The position numbers and the translations under genes are program-made. Source: Promethearchaeota archaeon (GTDB taxonomy: Archaea > Asgardarchaeota > Lokiarchaeia > Sigyniarchaeales > SOKP01). Taken from it: a DNA stretch of 64,000 nucleotides. The notes beneath the pieces are model-generated. The model ran no database searches and was not told the origin of the DNA. It worked only from the letters and a program-made list of their open reading frames with translations. Location: the NCBI GenBank assembly GCA_019058365.1, contig JAHPZE010000003.1:224001-288000 (forward strand). Reading direction: 5' to 3'. This document shows, one piece after another, positions 48,035-58,062 of the stretch; position 1 is the first letter of the stretch; every line of letters begins with the position of its first letter.

Positions 48035-49453
48035 TTAATCCAATATTCTCGGTTCATATATTATTTCTTTCAAATCTTTGCGATTTGGAGCTTTTACAGC
48101 TTTAAGAGGGTATCCAACCGTAAAAAATACCATTGGAATATAAGATTTAGGAAGTTTTAGAGACTCTTTTACAATATCTTTGGCAAACAATGGAGCACAA
48201 TACCAGCACGCTGCTAATTTTTTTGTTTCAAAGGCAAGGAGTAGATAGGTCGCTGAGCTACTAATACTCTGTACACCTAAAAATAATTCATTATGTGTTC
48301 TTTCAGTATCTTCGTACTTTTCTAATTCTTTCTGATCTAAACATAATAAAATTAAAAAAGGCGCCTTCAAAAACGTATTTCTCGTTTTTTCAATTTTTCC
48401 TTTAATGACTTCTTCACCATTTCCATCTTTCAGTAAATCATATCTTAATTTTTCATTCATTTTATCTACTAGCCTTTCACGTAGCATACCTTTCTGTAAT
48501 ATAATATACCTCCAAAATTGCCCATTGTGGGCACTTGGAGCCCAACGCGCAAGTTCAATGCATTCTTCAATAACTTTTTTATCTACATCTTTGGATGCAA
48601 AATCAAATTTGTAGCTTCTTCGATTTTTGAGTATTTCTAGAAATTTTTCATCTTTTGGACTTCTAAATAAATCAATTTCCTTCTTTCGTAAAATAGATTT
48701 AATTTTAGACTTTTCATTAAATTGAAAATTATATCCTCTTATTAACACAATTGGAATCCCCTCATCTGATTCACCCATGACTAACTGTGCTGCTGCAGCT
48801 AGACTATCAACTTGACCAATGATGGTTGTTTGGAGTTCATATCCAAATAAATCTTTCTTACCTCGCATATCTAAAATTGGATCTATCCCTGAAACTCCAA
48901 TAGCAGTTCCTATAGCTCCTATTCTAAAAGCTCTTCCGAAGGAATCGGAAATAATTACTGCAATTTCCTTATTGGTTTTATTTTTTAGTGTAATTCTAAT
49001 TTTCTCAGCATCGATATCTGGATTTTTTGGTAATAAGGTTATAATTCCTTTTTCACCCACATTAGATTTATCTATTCCCGCATCAGCACAGATAAACCCG
49101 TGTTTTGTTTCAGTTATTAAAACATGCTCACTTCTTATTATATTCTTTGACTCATCTAAAATGGCTTGGATTAATTTAGGATCCTTCTCAGGCAATCCTA
49201 AACTTCTAATACTTGGAGCTATATGTTTGTAGATTTCAACAGCTCTCTCACTTGGATTGATCTTATTTAAATTTCTGATTCGTCCATTACTTTTTGATAT
49301 TATTGATTGAGCTATTATAATAATATCTCGATCTTCTAAAGAAATCTCATTCTTATTTAAAGCTTCTATTATTATATCTGTGATTTTATCTCCCTTTTTT
49401 ATTAATGGAATTCCTCTTAACCCTATAATTTTAATTTCTTCTTTAAAATTCAT
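48035..49453 (-). CDS. cofE: F420-0:gamma-glutamyl ligase fused to a C-terminal nitroreductase domain (FbiB architecture)
   Basis: ISKS.GR, AGIDKSNV, ISDSFGR.FR and MGESDEG.P motifs, then RRS...WAPSAHN.Q.W (nitroreductase). Confidence 0.92.
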   Translation of the reverse strand: MNFKEEIKIIGLRGIPLIKKGDKITDIIIEALNKNEISLEDRDIIIIAQSIISKSNGRIRNLNKINPSERAVEIYKHIAPSIRSLGLPEKDPKLIQAILDESKNIIRSEHVLITETKHGFICADAGIDKSNVGEKGIITLLPKNPDIDAEKIRITLKNKTNKEIAVIISDSFGRAFRIGAIGTAIGVSGIDPILDMRGKKDLFGYELQTTIIGQVDSLAAAAQLVMGESDEGIPIVLIRGYNFQFNEKSKIKSILRKKEIDLFRSPKDEKFLEILKNRRSYKFDFASKDVDKKVIEECIELARWAPSAHNGQFWRYIILQKGMLRERLVDKMNEKLRYDLLKDGNGEEVIKGKIEKTRNTFLKAPFLILLCLDQKELEKYEDTERTHNELFLGVQSISSSATYLLLAFETKKLAACWYCAPLFAKDIVKESLKLPKSYIPMVFFTVGYPLKAVKAPNRKDLKEIIYEPRILD

Positions 49454-49465
49454 AATAGATCCACT

Positions 49466-50521
49466 TTAGAGATTTATATATCTTTTTATCTCCACTTTAT
49501 TACTTTTAGCTAAATTTTCAAATTTTTCAGGAATTGCACAACAAGCAGAAAAAAACTTGAATTGGATTTCAGGATTGTTGTTTTTTAACCATTGTAAAGA
49601 GGCTTTAGAAGGAATTTCGATTCTTGTTATACCTGCTTTAATTGCATATTTTTCAACCTTATTTTTTATGTTTCCACGAGGTCTCATGCATCCCAATGAA
49701 ATTTCTGTTTTAGGAAAAATAAATCTTAATAAAGCTATAATTTTTGCAATATCTTCCGGTTTTGGAGTATCAAACTTTATCTTAGAATTTTTGGGAGGAA
49801 TTAACACAATAACAACTATCAAAGATGGATTAATTTCGGTTTCTTTAATAAATTTGATAGAATCTAATTCTTTTTTGAGTTTTCCATAATGCAAACCAAC
49901 ACAAATATGAGGAACAATGTTTAATTTATATTTTTTTAATAAATCAATTGCTCTTGAATATTCACTTAATTCTATATCTAAATGATAAATATTTCTTATA
50001 ACTTCTTCATCCATATTAACATCAAAAGATACGATATCAACATTAGCATCAGCGAGTTTCTTTGCAGTTTCTTGATCTAACAACCCAGTATGTGTATTAA
50101 TAATTAAATTTGTTTCTTTCTTTACTTTTTTAATTGTATCTAAAAAATTTAATATTGGTACTGAGCCATCATACCTACTTCCCCCCGAAATTAACGCCCC
50201 CACCCCATTATTTTTAGAAAGAAATATTAATATTTGTTCCAAATTTCTATTATCTACTACCTGTTTCATTCCTTTCAAATATTTCTTATTACAATGTTCA
50301 CACTCTAGAGCGCATTCACTCCCTGTTATACTAATAGCAGGAAATCTCTTAGTTGGATTATATATTTTTAAAAGATTTCCAAAATTCTTCTTGGTAATAT
50401 TTTGAGCTAAAACTAAAAATGGTTCTAACTCTTTATACCCTATATTTATAAATTGTGAATAATCAGGCCATATAGCATTTCCAGATTCTATTTTCTCTAA
50501 TAATTCCTGTAATTTATTCAT
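49466..50521 (-). CDS. lipS1: Archaeal lipoyl synthase component LipS1 (radical SAM)
   Basis: CALECEHC, GCMR and C-terminal CC motifs. Adjacent to the lipoate ligase. Confidence 0.8.
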   Translation of the reverse strand: MNKLQELLEKIESGNAIWPDYSQFINIGYKELEPFLVLAQNITKKNFGNLLKIYNPTKRFPAISITGSECALECEHCNKKYLKGMKQVVDNRNLEQILIFLSKNNGVGALISGGSRYDGSVPILNFLDTIKKVKKETNLIINTHTGLLDQETAKKLADANVDIVSFDVNMDEEVIRNIYHLDIELSEYSRAIDLLKKYKLNIVPHICVGLHYGKLKKELDSIKFIKETEINPSLIVVIVLIPPKNSKIKFDTPKPEDIAKIIALLRFIFPKTEISLGCMRPRGNIKNKVEKYAIKAGITRIEIPSKASLQWLKNNNPEIQFKFFSACCAIPEKFENLAKSNKVEIKRYINL

Positions 50522-51293
50522 ATTTTTTTAACCATTTCTTATTCGAATATTTATCCTTTACCAATTTTTTTGCTAAATTTTTTTCATTATCAGAAAAAGT
50601 CCCTTCCTTTAATTCAATTCCTAAGGATTTTTGAAAACCGTGTTTTAATGAATTTATCATCTCCTCTTCGTCATAACTTTGCATTTGATTTTTAATCCCA
50701 ATACATTTAGCTCTTACAGATTTTACCATCCGAGATTTACCTACATTCTCAGGTGCCTTTAACACAGAATACATCAGATCTGGCTCAATGTCTAATAAAA
50801 TAGTGCCATGTTGAAGAATATATCCTTTCTTTCTGATTTGTGCGTTCCCAGAGAATTTTTTTCCATCTAATAGAATTGCCGGGCAATGAATAACATCTTT
50901 TTCTGGTTTTAAACCATAAATATTTAATCCAATAATTATACCTCGTGTAATAATCTCAAATTGATCTAAAACCTTATTAGCACCTAAATTCTCGAGAAAT
51001 TTAATAGGACAGACAATTGAATATGTAATTTCTCTAAATTCATCGTGAAAAACAGCACCCCCTCCAGTAATACGTCTTACAATATTAAATCCTTTCTCTT
51101 TTACGAATTGAAGATCAATTTCATTCGATAGACTCTGATTTCTCCCAATACTTGCTGTTGAGGGTTTCCATTTATAAAATCTTAATGTGTTTGGAGATTT
51201 CTTCTCAATTGCCATTTTTAAAATCGCCTCATCTAAGCTCATATTCCAGAAACCATTTTTAACTTCTAATGGTAAAAATCTCCACACATTCAT
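50514..51293 (-). CDS. lplA: Lipoate/octanoate-protein ligase catalytic domain
   Basis: NMSLDEA, SIGRNQ, RRITGGGAVFHD, KFSGNAQ and LQHGT motifs. Confidence 0.92.
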   Translation of the reverse strand: MNVWRFLPLEVKNGFWNMSLDEAILKMAIEKKSPNTLRFYKWKPSTASIGRNQSLSNEIDLQFVKEKGFNIVRRITGGGAVFHDEFREITYSIVCPIKFLENLGANKVLDQFEIITRGIIIGLNIYGLKPEKDVIHCPAILLDGKKFSGNAQIRKKGYILQHGTILLDIEPDLMYSVLKAPENVGKSRMVKSVRAKCIGIKNQMQSYDEEEMINSLKHGFQKSLGIELKEGTFSDNEKNLAKKLVKDKYSNKKWLKKYE

Positions 51294-51309
51294 TTTTTCT
51301 ATTAATTTC

Positions 51310-52320
51310 TTAATTTACAAATTTGTACAACAATTCATATATTTCCAATTTTTCTTTTTCTGTTAATTTTCGGGGGTAATTATAGATAGGACCTGATGGT
51401 TTAGATGTATAGAAAGGACGGTTACATCCTGGACATCCTGAAGTTAAAAAAGCATTTGTATTATTAATGATCATATTTAGTTCTTTTTTCCTCATATTAA
51501 TTTTTATTATCTCTCCTTTTCTATTAAATGTAAAATCATTTAACTGTTTCTCATTATTGATGATAAGAAATCTTCCTAATTGCAATTTTCTAAAATTTAG
51601 AAGGGTAGGTTGATTCAAATTTTCAAACCTTGTACCTTCTATAGGCGTAAAAGCAAATAAGGATATGATAATACCTAAATTATTTAACCTTTTGATAAGT
51701 TCAATTACATCTTTTTCAGATTCTCCTAACCCGATAATGATATGAGTACTTACATATCCAGGGGAAAAAATATCCAAGGCTTCATCCAACTTCTGAAAAT
51801 GTTCTTCCCACTTATAAGGGCCTTCAACATTACTCCCTTTAATTTTTTCAAAAACTTCAGATGTAGCACCATCTAACGCAATTCCTATTCTTTGAACACC
51901 TCTGTTTTTTAATTCTATCAATTTTTCTTTTGTCAGAGGTGGAATGGCAACGGATATTGGGATATCAGTATAAGGCCTGATCTGAGTTAAAATTTCTATT
52001 AAATCGTTAAAATTTTCTGGATAATTAAGAGTTTGAATGCAAATCCGTTTGAATTTTTTTGAAAATGGCATATATTTTAGTTTTGTTAGAAAATCCTTAA
52101 AGGAAAATATTGGCCAGTTAACTCGAGAAAGTTTTTCTATAGAACTTTTTGATGATCTAGCTTGAGGACAAAAACCACAATTCGCCATACAATGTCCTTT
52201 CTTGAATGTCATAATATAACATGTAGTTGGAGGATTTTTGAATTGAGCTAATCCCCCTAAGCCTAAAACAGAAGCGCTTCCCACAGATATTCTTATTTTT
52301 TCTATTGTCACTAATCTCAC
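51310..52320 (-). CDS. lipS2: Archaeal lipoyl synthase component LipS2 (radical SAM)
   Basis: CMANCGFC, LSRV.WP and TSGCPGCNRP motifs. Confidence 0.8.
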   Translation of the reverse strand: MRLVTIEKIRISVGSASVLGLGGLAQFKNPPTTCYIMTFKKGHCMANCGFCPQARSSKSSIEKLSRVNWPIFSFKDFLTKLKYMPFSKKFKRICIQTLNYPENFNDLIEILTQIRPYTDIPISVAIPPLTKEKLIELKNRGVQRIGIALDGATSEVFEKIKGSNVEGPYKWEEHFQKLDEALDIFSPGYVSTHIIIGLGESEKDVIELIKRLNNLGIIISLFAFTPIEGTRFENLNQPTLLNFRKLQLGRFLIINNEKQLNDFTFNRKGEIIKINMRKKELNMIINNTNAFLTSGCPGCNRPFYTSKPSGPIYNYPRKLTEKEKLEIYELLYKFVN

Positions 52321-52508
52321 TAGTAAGTTGGTAAAATTAAGTTTTACTGCTTCGGTTAATAATTTTTATAGTGATAATATTTATAGCTATTTTAACAAAT
52401 ATCAAGATTTGCCAATTATAAATAACTACATAAAAAATTTATTGAATCAATTATTAAAATATTAAATATTATGCATATACCCCAATTTTAGAAAAGTGTT
52501 ATAATTCT

Positions 52509-55298
52509 ATGGTTGAGTATGACGCGCAAAAAATAGAAAAGAAATGGCAACAAAAATGGGAAGAAGACAAAATCTTTGAAGTCAAAGTGGATCGAAAGAA
52601 AAAAAAATATTACGTATTAGAGATGTATCCATATCCTTCTGGTAAACTCCATATGGGGCACCTTAGAAATTACACTATCGGAGATTGCTATGCCAGGTTT
52701 AAAAGGATGAATGGGTTCAATGTACTTTACCCAATGGGTTATGATTCCTTTGGAATGCCAGCAGAAAATGCAGCAATAGATCATGGTGCTAATCCAGAAG
52801 AATGGACCAATAAAAATATAAATACAATGAAAAACCAGCAAAAAAGGATTGGGCTTTCATATGATTGGACAAGAGAAATATATAGTCATAATCCTAACTT
52901 TTATAAATGGGACCAATGGTTTTTTTTGCAGATGCTAGAAAAGGGATTAGCATATAGACAAGAAAGTTATGTCAATTGGTGCCCAAAATGTGTTACAGTT
53001 TTAGCTAACGAACAGGCTCAAGGAGGAAGATGCTGGAGATGCAACTCTCTCGTTGATCAAAAGTTTTTAACACAATGGTTCCTAAAAATAAGAGATTACG
53101 CAGAGGAACTATTAGAGGGGTTAAACATTGTCGATTGGCCAGAGAAAGTTCAAGTTATGCAACAAAACTGGATTGGAAAATCTGAAGGGACCATCATTAA
53201 ATTCCCAATTGTTGGAGAGGATAAAACTATAGATATATTTACAACAAGACCTGATACACTTTTTGGAGTTACATTTATGGTTTTTGCTCCAGAACATCCT
53301 TGGGTTCGTGAATGGGTGATAAAAACTGAATATGAGAAATCTTTCCAAAAAATTTATGATGATGTAATGCATCAAGATAAATTTAAAAGATCCTCCATTG
53401 AAATAGAGAAAAAGGGGCTATTTATCGGAAAATATGCCATAAATCCGATTAACAATGAAGAAGTACCTATATATATTGGCAATTTCGTTATTTATGAATA
53501 TGGTGCTGGTGCTGTTATGGCAGTACCTGCACATGATCAAAGAGATTTTGAGTTCGCTAAAGAATATGATATTCCCATAAAAATTGTTATTCAACCACAT
53601 GATTACGAATTAAATGTTATCAAAATGAAAAGAGCCTATGAGAGTGATGGGATTCTCGTAAATTCAGAGGAATTCAATGGTATGGAAAATCGATCTGCAA
53701 TCAATATAATAACTGAAAAATTAGAAGAAATCAATATGGGACATGCAACGATAAATTATAAACTTAGAGATTGGGGAATTTCACGTCAGCGTTATTGGGG
53801 GTGCCCAATTCCTGTTATATATTGTGAAGAATGTGGTATGCTCCCAGTACCATATAAAGACTTACCTGTTTATTTACCAAAAGATGTTTCATTTACCAAG
53901 ACAGGTAATCCATTAGAAACAAGTGAAAGTTTTCTTAACACTCAATGTCCTAAATGTGGTAATAACGCAAAGCGAGAGACAGATACAATGGATACTTTTA
54001 TAGATAGTTCTTGGTATTTCTTTGCTTATTGTGATCCTCCCTCTGCCGAATCAAATATACCTTATACTAAAGCTAAAGTAAATTATTGGGGTAATGTCGA
54101 TCAGTATATTGGAGGTATAGAACATGCAGTTATGCACCTAATTTATGCTAGATTTTTTACAAAAGTAGCTCGAGATCTAGGTCTTCACAAATTTGATGAG
54201 CCTTTTCAATCTTTACTCACCCAAGGAATGATTAATAAAGCTCATCCCTTCTGTACTAACTGTAATACTTTCCTTATGAAGGCTGATTTAAATCAAATGA
54301 AGTGTAGAAAATGTGGAAGTATAGATCTTATTCAAAAGTCAGTAAAGATGAGTAAAAGTTATGGAAATACCGTAAATCCGGAAGATATAATTGAGAAATA
54401 TGGAGCAGATGCAGCAAGATTTTTTATTTTATTTGGAGCAAGCCCATCATCGGGATTAGAATGGTCTGAAGAGGGTGTTGATTATGCTAATAAATTTATT
54501 AGAAACATATTTACATTGTTAACTGAACCTCCTAAAAATAAACATGAAAATCCAACAACAAGAGATACATTGATCCAGTACTATTTAAATAAAATAATTA
54601 AAGAATTCACAGAAAACATGAAGAAGCTCGCAATAAGGAATGCTGTTAATAATTTGATACAATTTTCATCAGAGTTTGGAAAATACAAAAATGAGGGGAT
54701 TATTAGCGAGATTTTCGAAGAATGTAAGGAAAAATTACTTTTATTACTTCACCCTATAGCTCCTCATATGACAGAAGAAATTTGGGAAATAAGTGGTAGA
54801 AAAGGATACTTGAGCTTAGCATCATGGCCTTCCTATGATGATAAACTACTTACTCAAGAATCTGATTATAAATGGAAATTACTGAATAATATCTTAGCAG
54901 ATATTAATAACATAAAAATAGTGATGAAAAAAGATACTATGGATAAAATCTCAATAATTATTGCCGATCAGTGGAAATCAAAGTTTTATAATAAACTAAT
55001 GTTGTTATTAGAAGATACTAAGAACCAGGGAGAAATTATGAAAAAATTAATGCAAAATAATGAATTAAAAATACATGGAAAATATGTCAGTTATACAGTT
55101 AGTAAAATTATGAAAAATATAGGAAAATATCAAAAATTTACACTCCCATCTGAAGATGAGTATATTTTTTTTAATGAAATAAAGTCAATAATTGAGAATA
55201 AGTTCCAATCTAAAGTAAACATTAATTTTGAAAAAGATTCAATTGAACAAAAAGCAGCCCATGCACTCCCAGGTAAGCCAGCAATCATTATTTCCTAA
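52509..55298 (+). CDS. leuS: Leucyl-tRNA synthetase, bacterial-type core with archaeal-type C-terminal domain
   Basis: YPYPSGKLHMGH, FTTRPDT, GAVMAVPAHDQRD, RETDTMDTF, GGIEHA and KMSKS motifs. C-terminus KA..ALPGKPAIII. Confidence 0.96.
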   Translation: MVEYDAQKIEKKWQQKWEEDKIFEVKVDRKKKKYYVLEMYPYPSGKLHMGHLRNYTIGDCYARFKRMNGFNVLYPMGYDSFGMPAENAAIDHGANPEEWTNKNINTMKNQQKRIGLSYDWTREIYSHNPNFYKWDQWFFLQMLEKGLAYRQESYVNWCPKCVTVLANEQAQGGRCWRCNSLVDQKFLTQWFLKIRDYAEELLEGLNIVDWPEKVQVMQQNWIGKSEGTIIKFPIVGEDKTIDIFTTRPDTLFGVTFMVFAPEHPWVREWVIKTEYEKSFQKIYDDVMHQDKFKRSSIEIEKKGLFIGKYAINPINNEEVPIYIGNFVIYEYGAGAVMAVPAHDQRDFEFAKEYDIPIKIVIQPHDYELNVIKMKRAYESDGILVNSEEFNGMENRSAINIITEKLEEINMGHATINYKLRDWGISRQRYWGCPIPVIYCEECGMLPVPYKDLPVYLPKDVSFTKTGNPLETSESFLNTQCPKCGNNAKRETDTMDTFIDSSWYFFAYCDPPSAESNIPYTKAKVNYWGNVDQYIGGIEHAVMHLIYARFFTKVARDLGLHKFDEPFQSLLTQGMINKAHPFCTNCNTFLMKADLNQMKCRKCGSIDLIQKSVKMSKSYGNTVNPEDIIEKYGADAARFFILFGASPSSGLEWSEEGVDYANKFIRNIFTLLTEPPKNKHENPTTRDTLIQYYLNKIIKEFTENMKKLAIRNAVNNLIQFSSEFGKYKNEGIISEIFEECKEKLLLLLHPIAPHMTEEIWEISGRKGYLSLASWPSYDDKLLTQESDYKWKLLNNILADINNIKIVMKKDTMDKISIIIADQWKSKFYNKLMLLLEDTKNQGEIMKKLMQNNELKIHGKYVSYTVSKIMKNIGKYQKFTLPSEDEYIFFNEIKSIIENKFQSKVNINFEKDSIEQKAAHALPGKPAIIIS

Positions 55299-55456
55299 TT
55301 TTTTATATTATTATCGTATTAAAGTATGAAAAAGAATCAATTTCTACAAGGTTTTATTAACTTTAGATTAAATAAATTATTATTAATTTGAATATATTAA
55401 AATTTGAAAAAAAAGCGCTAAATTAATTTCCAAATATAAAAATCATTTTAAAACAA

Positions 55457-56326
55457 ATGACAATATACGAACTCAGTATTATTTCTACTACAGGATTCCC
55501 TTATTATAACACAATTATTAAAGCTGTACCGGAAGGTGTAAAACTCTTTCTTAGATTTTTTGATTTTTCAAAAAACATGCCTATCCTTCAAGATCAATTA
55601 GATTTTGATTCAAAATTCGACCTTACAGCAGGACTTATATCTGCATTATTTGAATTTGCTCGAAATATCGATAAAAAAATAGAAGTACTTGAGTTTAAAT
55701 CTAAAAAAGAAAGACAGACATCTAAAAAAATAGATAAAAGAAAAAATTTTCAAGGAGATGTATTAATTACAGCACAAACAGAAACTTTTTTATTACACAA
55801 ATCTGTTAGAGAAAAGATAAAACTCATCTATTATAATTTTATAAATTCTAAGACTCCTCTTGATTCTGCTGATAATATCCATAAAAGTGAAGAAAATAAA
55901 ATCGTAGATATTTTAACAGATTCAATTGCGCGACAAATAATATCAAAACATAAAATTGATATTAAACGCTTAGCAAATGATTTTTTGAGTGATATGAAAG
56001 ATTATGGTTTATGGGGGATTTGCATAGCCTCATTTGACCTTTCCCCTATTATCACTTTTGGAAAAAAATATTCATTAGAGAATGTTTACCATATTTTAAG
56101 ACATATTGGATATATTCCTGAAATAACTCCCTTGGAATGGATTTATAGACAATCATTTTTCTCCGAAGAACCAATTCAAGTATGTATTATTAAATCGGAT
56201 ATTGGAGCCACGATTGAAAATAGTTTATTTGAGCCCTTCTTTTATTTACTTTTTGCTGATCCCCAGAGTTATTTTGGTGAATTCCCAGCAAAGCTTACTT
56301 CCGCTTTTAATAAAATTCTTGGTTAA
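55457..56326 (+). CDS. Hypothetical protein, longin-like N-terminal and possible roadblock/longin-like C-terminal domain
   Basis: MTIYELSIISTTGFPYY beta-hairpin and LTAGLISALFEFA helix, both typical of longin folds. Confidence 0.55.
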   Translation: MTIYELSIISTTGFPYYNTIIKAVPEGVKLFLRFFDFSKNMPILQDQLDFDSKFDLTAGLISALFEFARNIDKKIEVLEFKSKKERQTSKKIDKRKNFQGDVLITAQTETFLLHKSVREKIKLIYYNFINSKTPLDSADNIHKSEENKIVDILTDSIARQIISKHKIDIKRLANDFLSDMKDYGLWGICIASFDLSPIITFGKKYSLENVYHILRHIGYIPEITPLEWIYRQSFFSEEPIQVCIIKSDIGATIENSLFEPFFYLLFADPQSYFGEFPAKLTSAFNKILG

Positions 56327-56414
56327 GAAATTAAGTATGAGATAAAGAAGATTTCAGAAAATTAAGAATTCAATTAAGAAGAGAAATTAACTGATTTTTC
56401 ATTTAAAAGAGATA

Positions 56415-57185
56415 CTATTTAAAAGAGTTATTCGCCGCCTTTATTATTTGAAATAAAGAATCTGCTTGTAGTGAAGCGCCCCCAACTAATCCTCCATCGA
56501 TATTCTTTTTATTAAACAAATCTTCAGCATTACTTGGTTTAATTGATCCTCCATATTGTATTCTTATTAAGTCAGCAGTCTCCATTTCAAATTTATTACG
56601 TAACTTTTCACGTATGAAAATATGGATTTCTTCTGCTTGTTCTGGAGTGGCAGTGATCCCCGTTCCTATTGCCCAGATTGGTTCATAAGCTATTACAATT
56701 TTTAACATCTCTTCTTTTGTGAGATCTTTAAATGTTTCATTAATTTGGTATTTAATAACTTCCTTTGTTTTTCCCGCTTCTCTTTCTTCTAAATGTTCCC
56801 CTATACAAACTATGGGGTTCAAATTTACAGATAATGCCTTTTTAAGTTTTTTATTAATCAAAGCATCTGATTCTTTAAAAATGTCCCTTCTTTCACTATG
56901 ACCAAGAATGACATATTCAACGCCAATTTCTTTTAAAAATTTTGGTGATATCTCGCCTGTATATGCTCCCTTATCTTCAAAATACATGTTTTGTGCTCCT
57001 AATTTAATATTTGTATTCTTTAAAATTTCGTAAGCATTAGTTAGAACGGTAAAAGGTGCTGCAATTACTATGTCGACATTATAAATTTCTTCTAATAACG
57101 GAATTAAACTTTCTAACATTTCTCTTGATTCATTGGGAGTACCTCGATTCATTTTCCAATTACCACCAATAATAGGTTTTCGCAA
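56415..57185 (-). CDS. tpiA: Triosephosphate isomerase, bacterial/eukaryotic type
   Basis: GNWKMN, GHSERR, AYEPIWAIGTG, YGGS and LVGGAS motifs. 256 aa. TTG start with GAGGT SD. Confidence 0.97.
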   Translation of the reverse strand: MRKPIIGGNWKMNRGTPNESREMLESLIPLLEEIYNVDIVIAAPFTVLTNAYEILKNTNIKLGAQNMYFEDKGAYTGEISPKFLKEIGVEYVILGHSERRDIFKESDALINKKLKKALSVNLNPIVCIGEHLEEREAGKTKEVIKYQINETFKDLTKEEMLKIVIAYEPIWAIGTGITATPEQAEEIHIFIREKLRNKFEMETADLIRIQYGGSIKPSNAEDLFNKKNIDGGLVGGASLQADSLFQIIKAANNSFK

Positions 57186-57317
57186 TATATTCTACCTCTG
57201 ACATTTTTTATAATATAAATTGATTAAATTTTCATTATAATTCAATTATAGAATATGTCTATAAAATTCTAACTAAAATTAATAAATTAATTTACAGTAA
57301 AAAGGAATAAGAAAAAA

Positions 57318-57821
57318 TTATTCAATTTTCGGGAGTTTTTCCTTTAATTTTGTCGTTCCTAATAATTTTTTTATTTCATTTATATCAGGACTCATAATCG
57401 TGGGTAGTCCTAATTGTGTACGTCTTCTTTCTATAGCGGGTTGCATAGGGATAGCTTTTCCATGTTCCATTACAGTCGATGCTTGACCTGTATAATGAGT
57501 AGGAGCTTCACCCCTCTCTACACTCATGTTTTTTAGAATTGTGAAAATTTCTGTTAGCTCGACCTTCTGAGGACAGACTTCATCACATGTATCGCATACC
57601 GTACAACCCCAAATATTAAATGAATTTTCTGCACCAAAAATTTTTTCTTTAAGTCCTAATAAAGCGTCTAAAATTAAGCGTCTTGGGTTATATCTACCTT
57701 CAGTAACTTGTGCTACAGGACACGCACCACTACAAGTTGCACATTGATAACAATATGCTAATGTATTGCCAATATCATTACCGAGAATTTGGTTTCTGAA
57801 ATCAAAATCTATAGTTGCCAT
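57318..57821 (-). CDS. hdrC: Heterodisulfide reductase subunit C-like ferredoxin
   Basis: CYQCATCSGACP, YNPRR and WGCTVCDTCDEVCP motifs. Confidence 0.85.
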   Translation of the reverse strand: MATIDFDFRNQILGNDIGNTLAYCYQCATCSGACPVAQVTEGRYNPRRLILDALLGLKEKIFGAENSFNIWGCTVCDTCDEVCPQKVELTEIFTILKNMSVERGEAPTHYTGQASTVMEHGKAIPMQPAIERRRTQLGLPTIMSPDINEIKKLLGTTKLKEKLPKIE

Positions 57822-58062
57822 TTGAAACAATCAGTTTATCTTAATATTATTTAGTATAACTTATTGTTGATTTTAAAATTAATTCTTTTAAAAACATATT
57901 TTAAATTTAAAATTTTCTCCTTTATTTTGGTTCTCTTCTATTGTTTTTTAAGAGAAATTGTTTTTAAATTGTAAATGAAATTAATAAAAGGAATTAAATA
58001 TTTATTTCTACAATAATATAAAAAACATACAATAAAGCAAATAATTTAAAAATTGAGATGAT

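Noticed and set aside
49466-52320. The two radical SAM genes as biotin synthase or CofG/CofH
   Set aside because: GCMR/CC and TxGCPxCNRP motifs plus the intervening lipoate ligase fit LipS1/LipS2 better.
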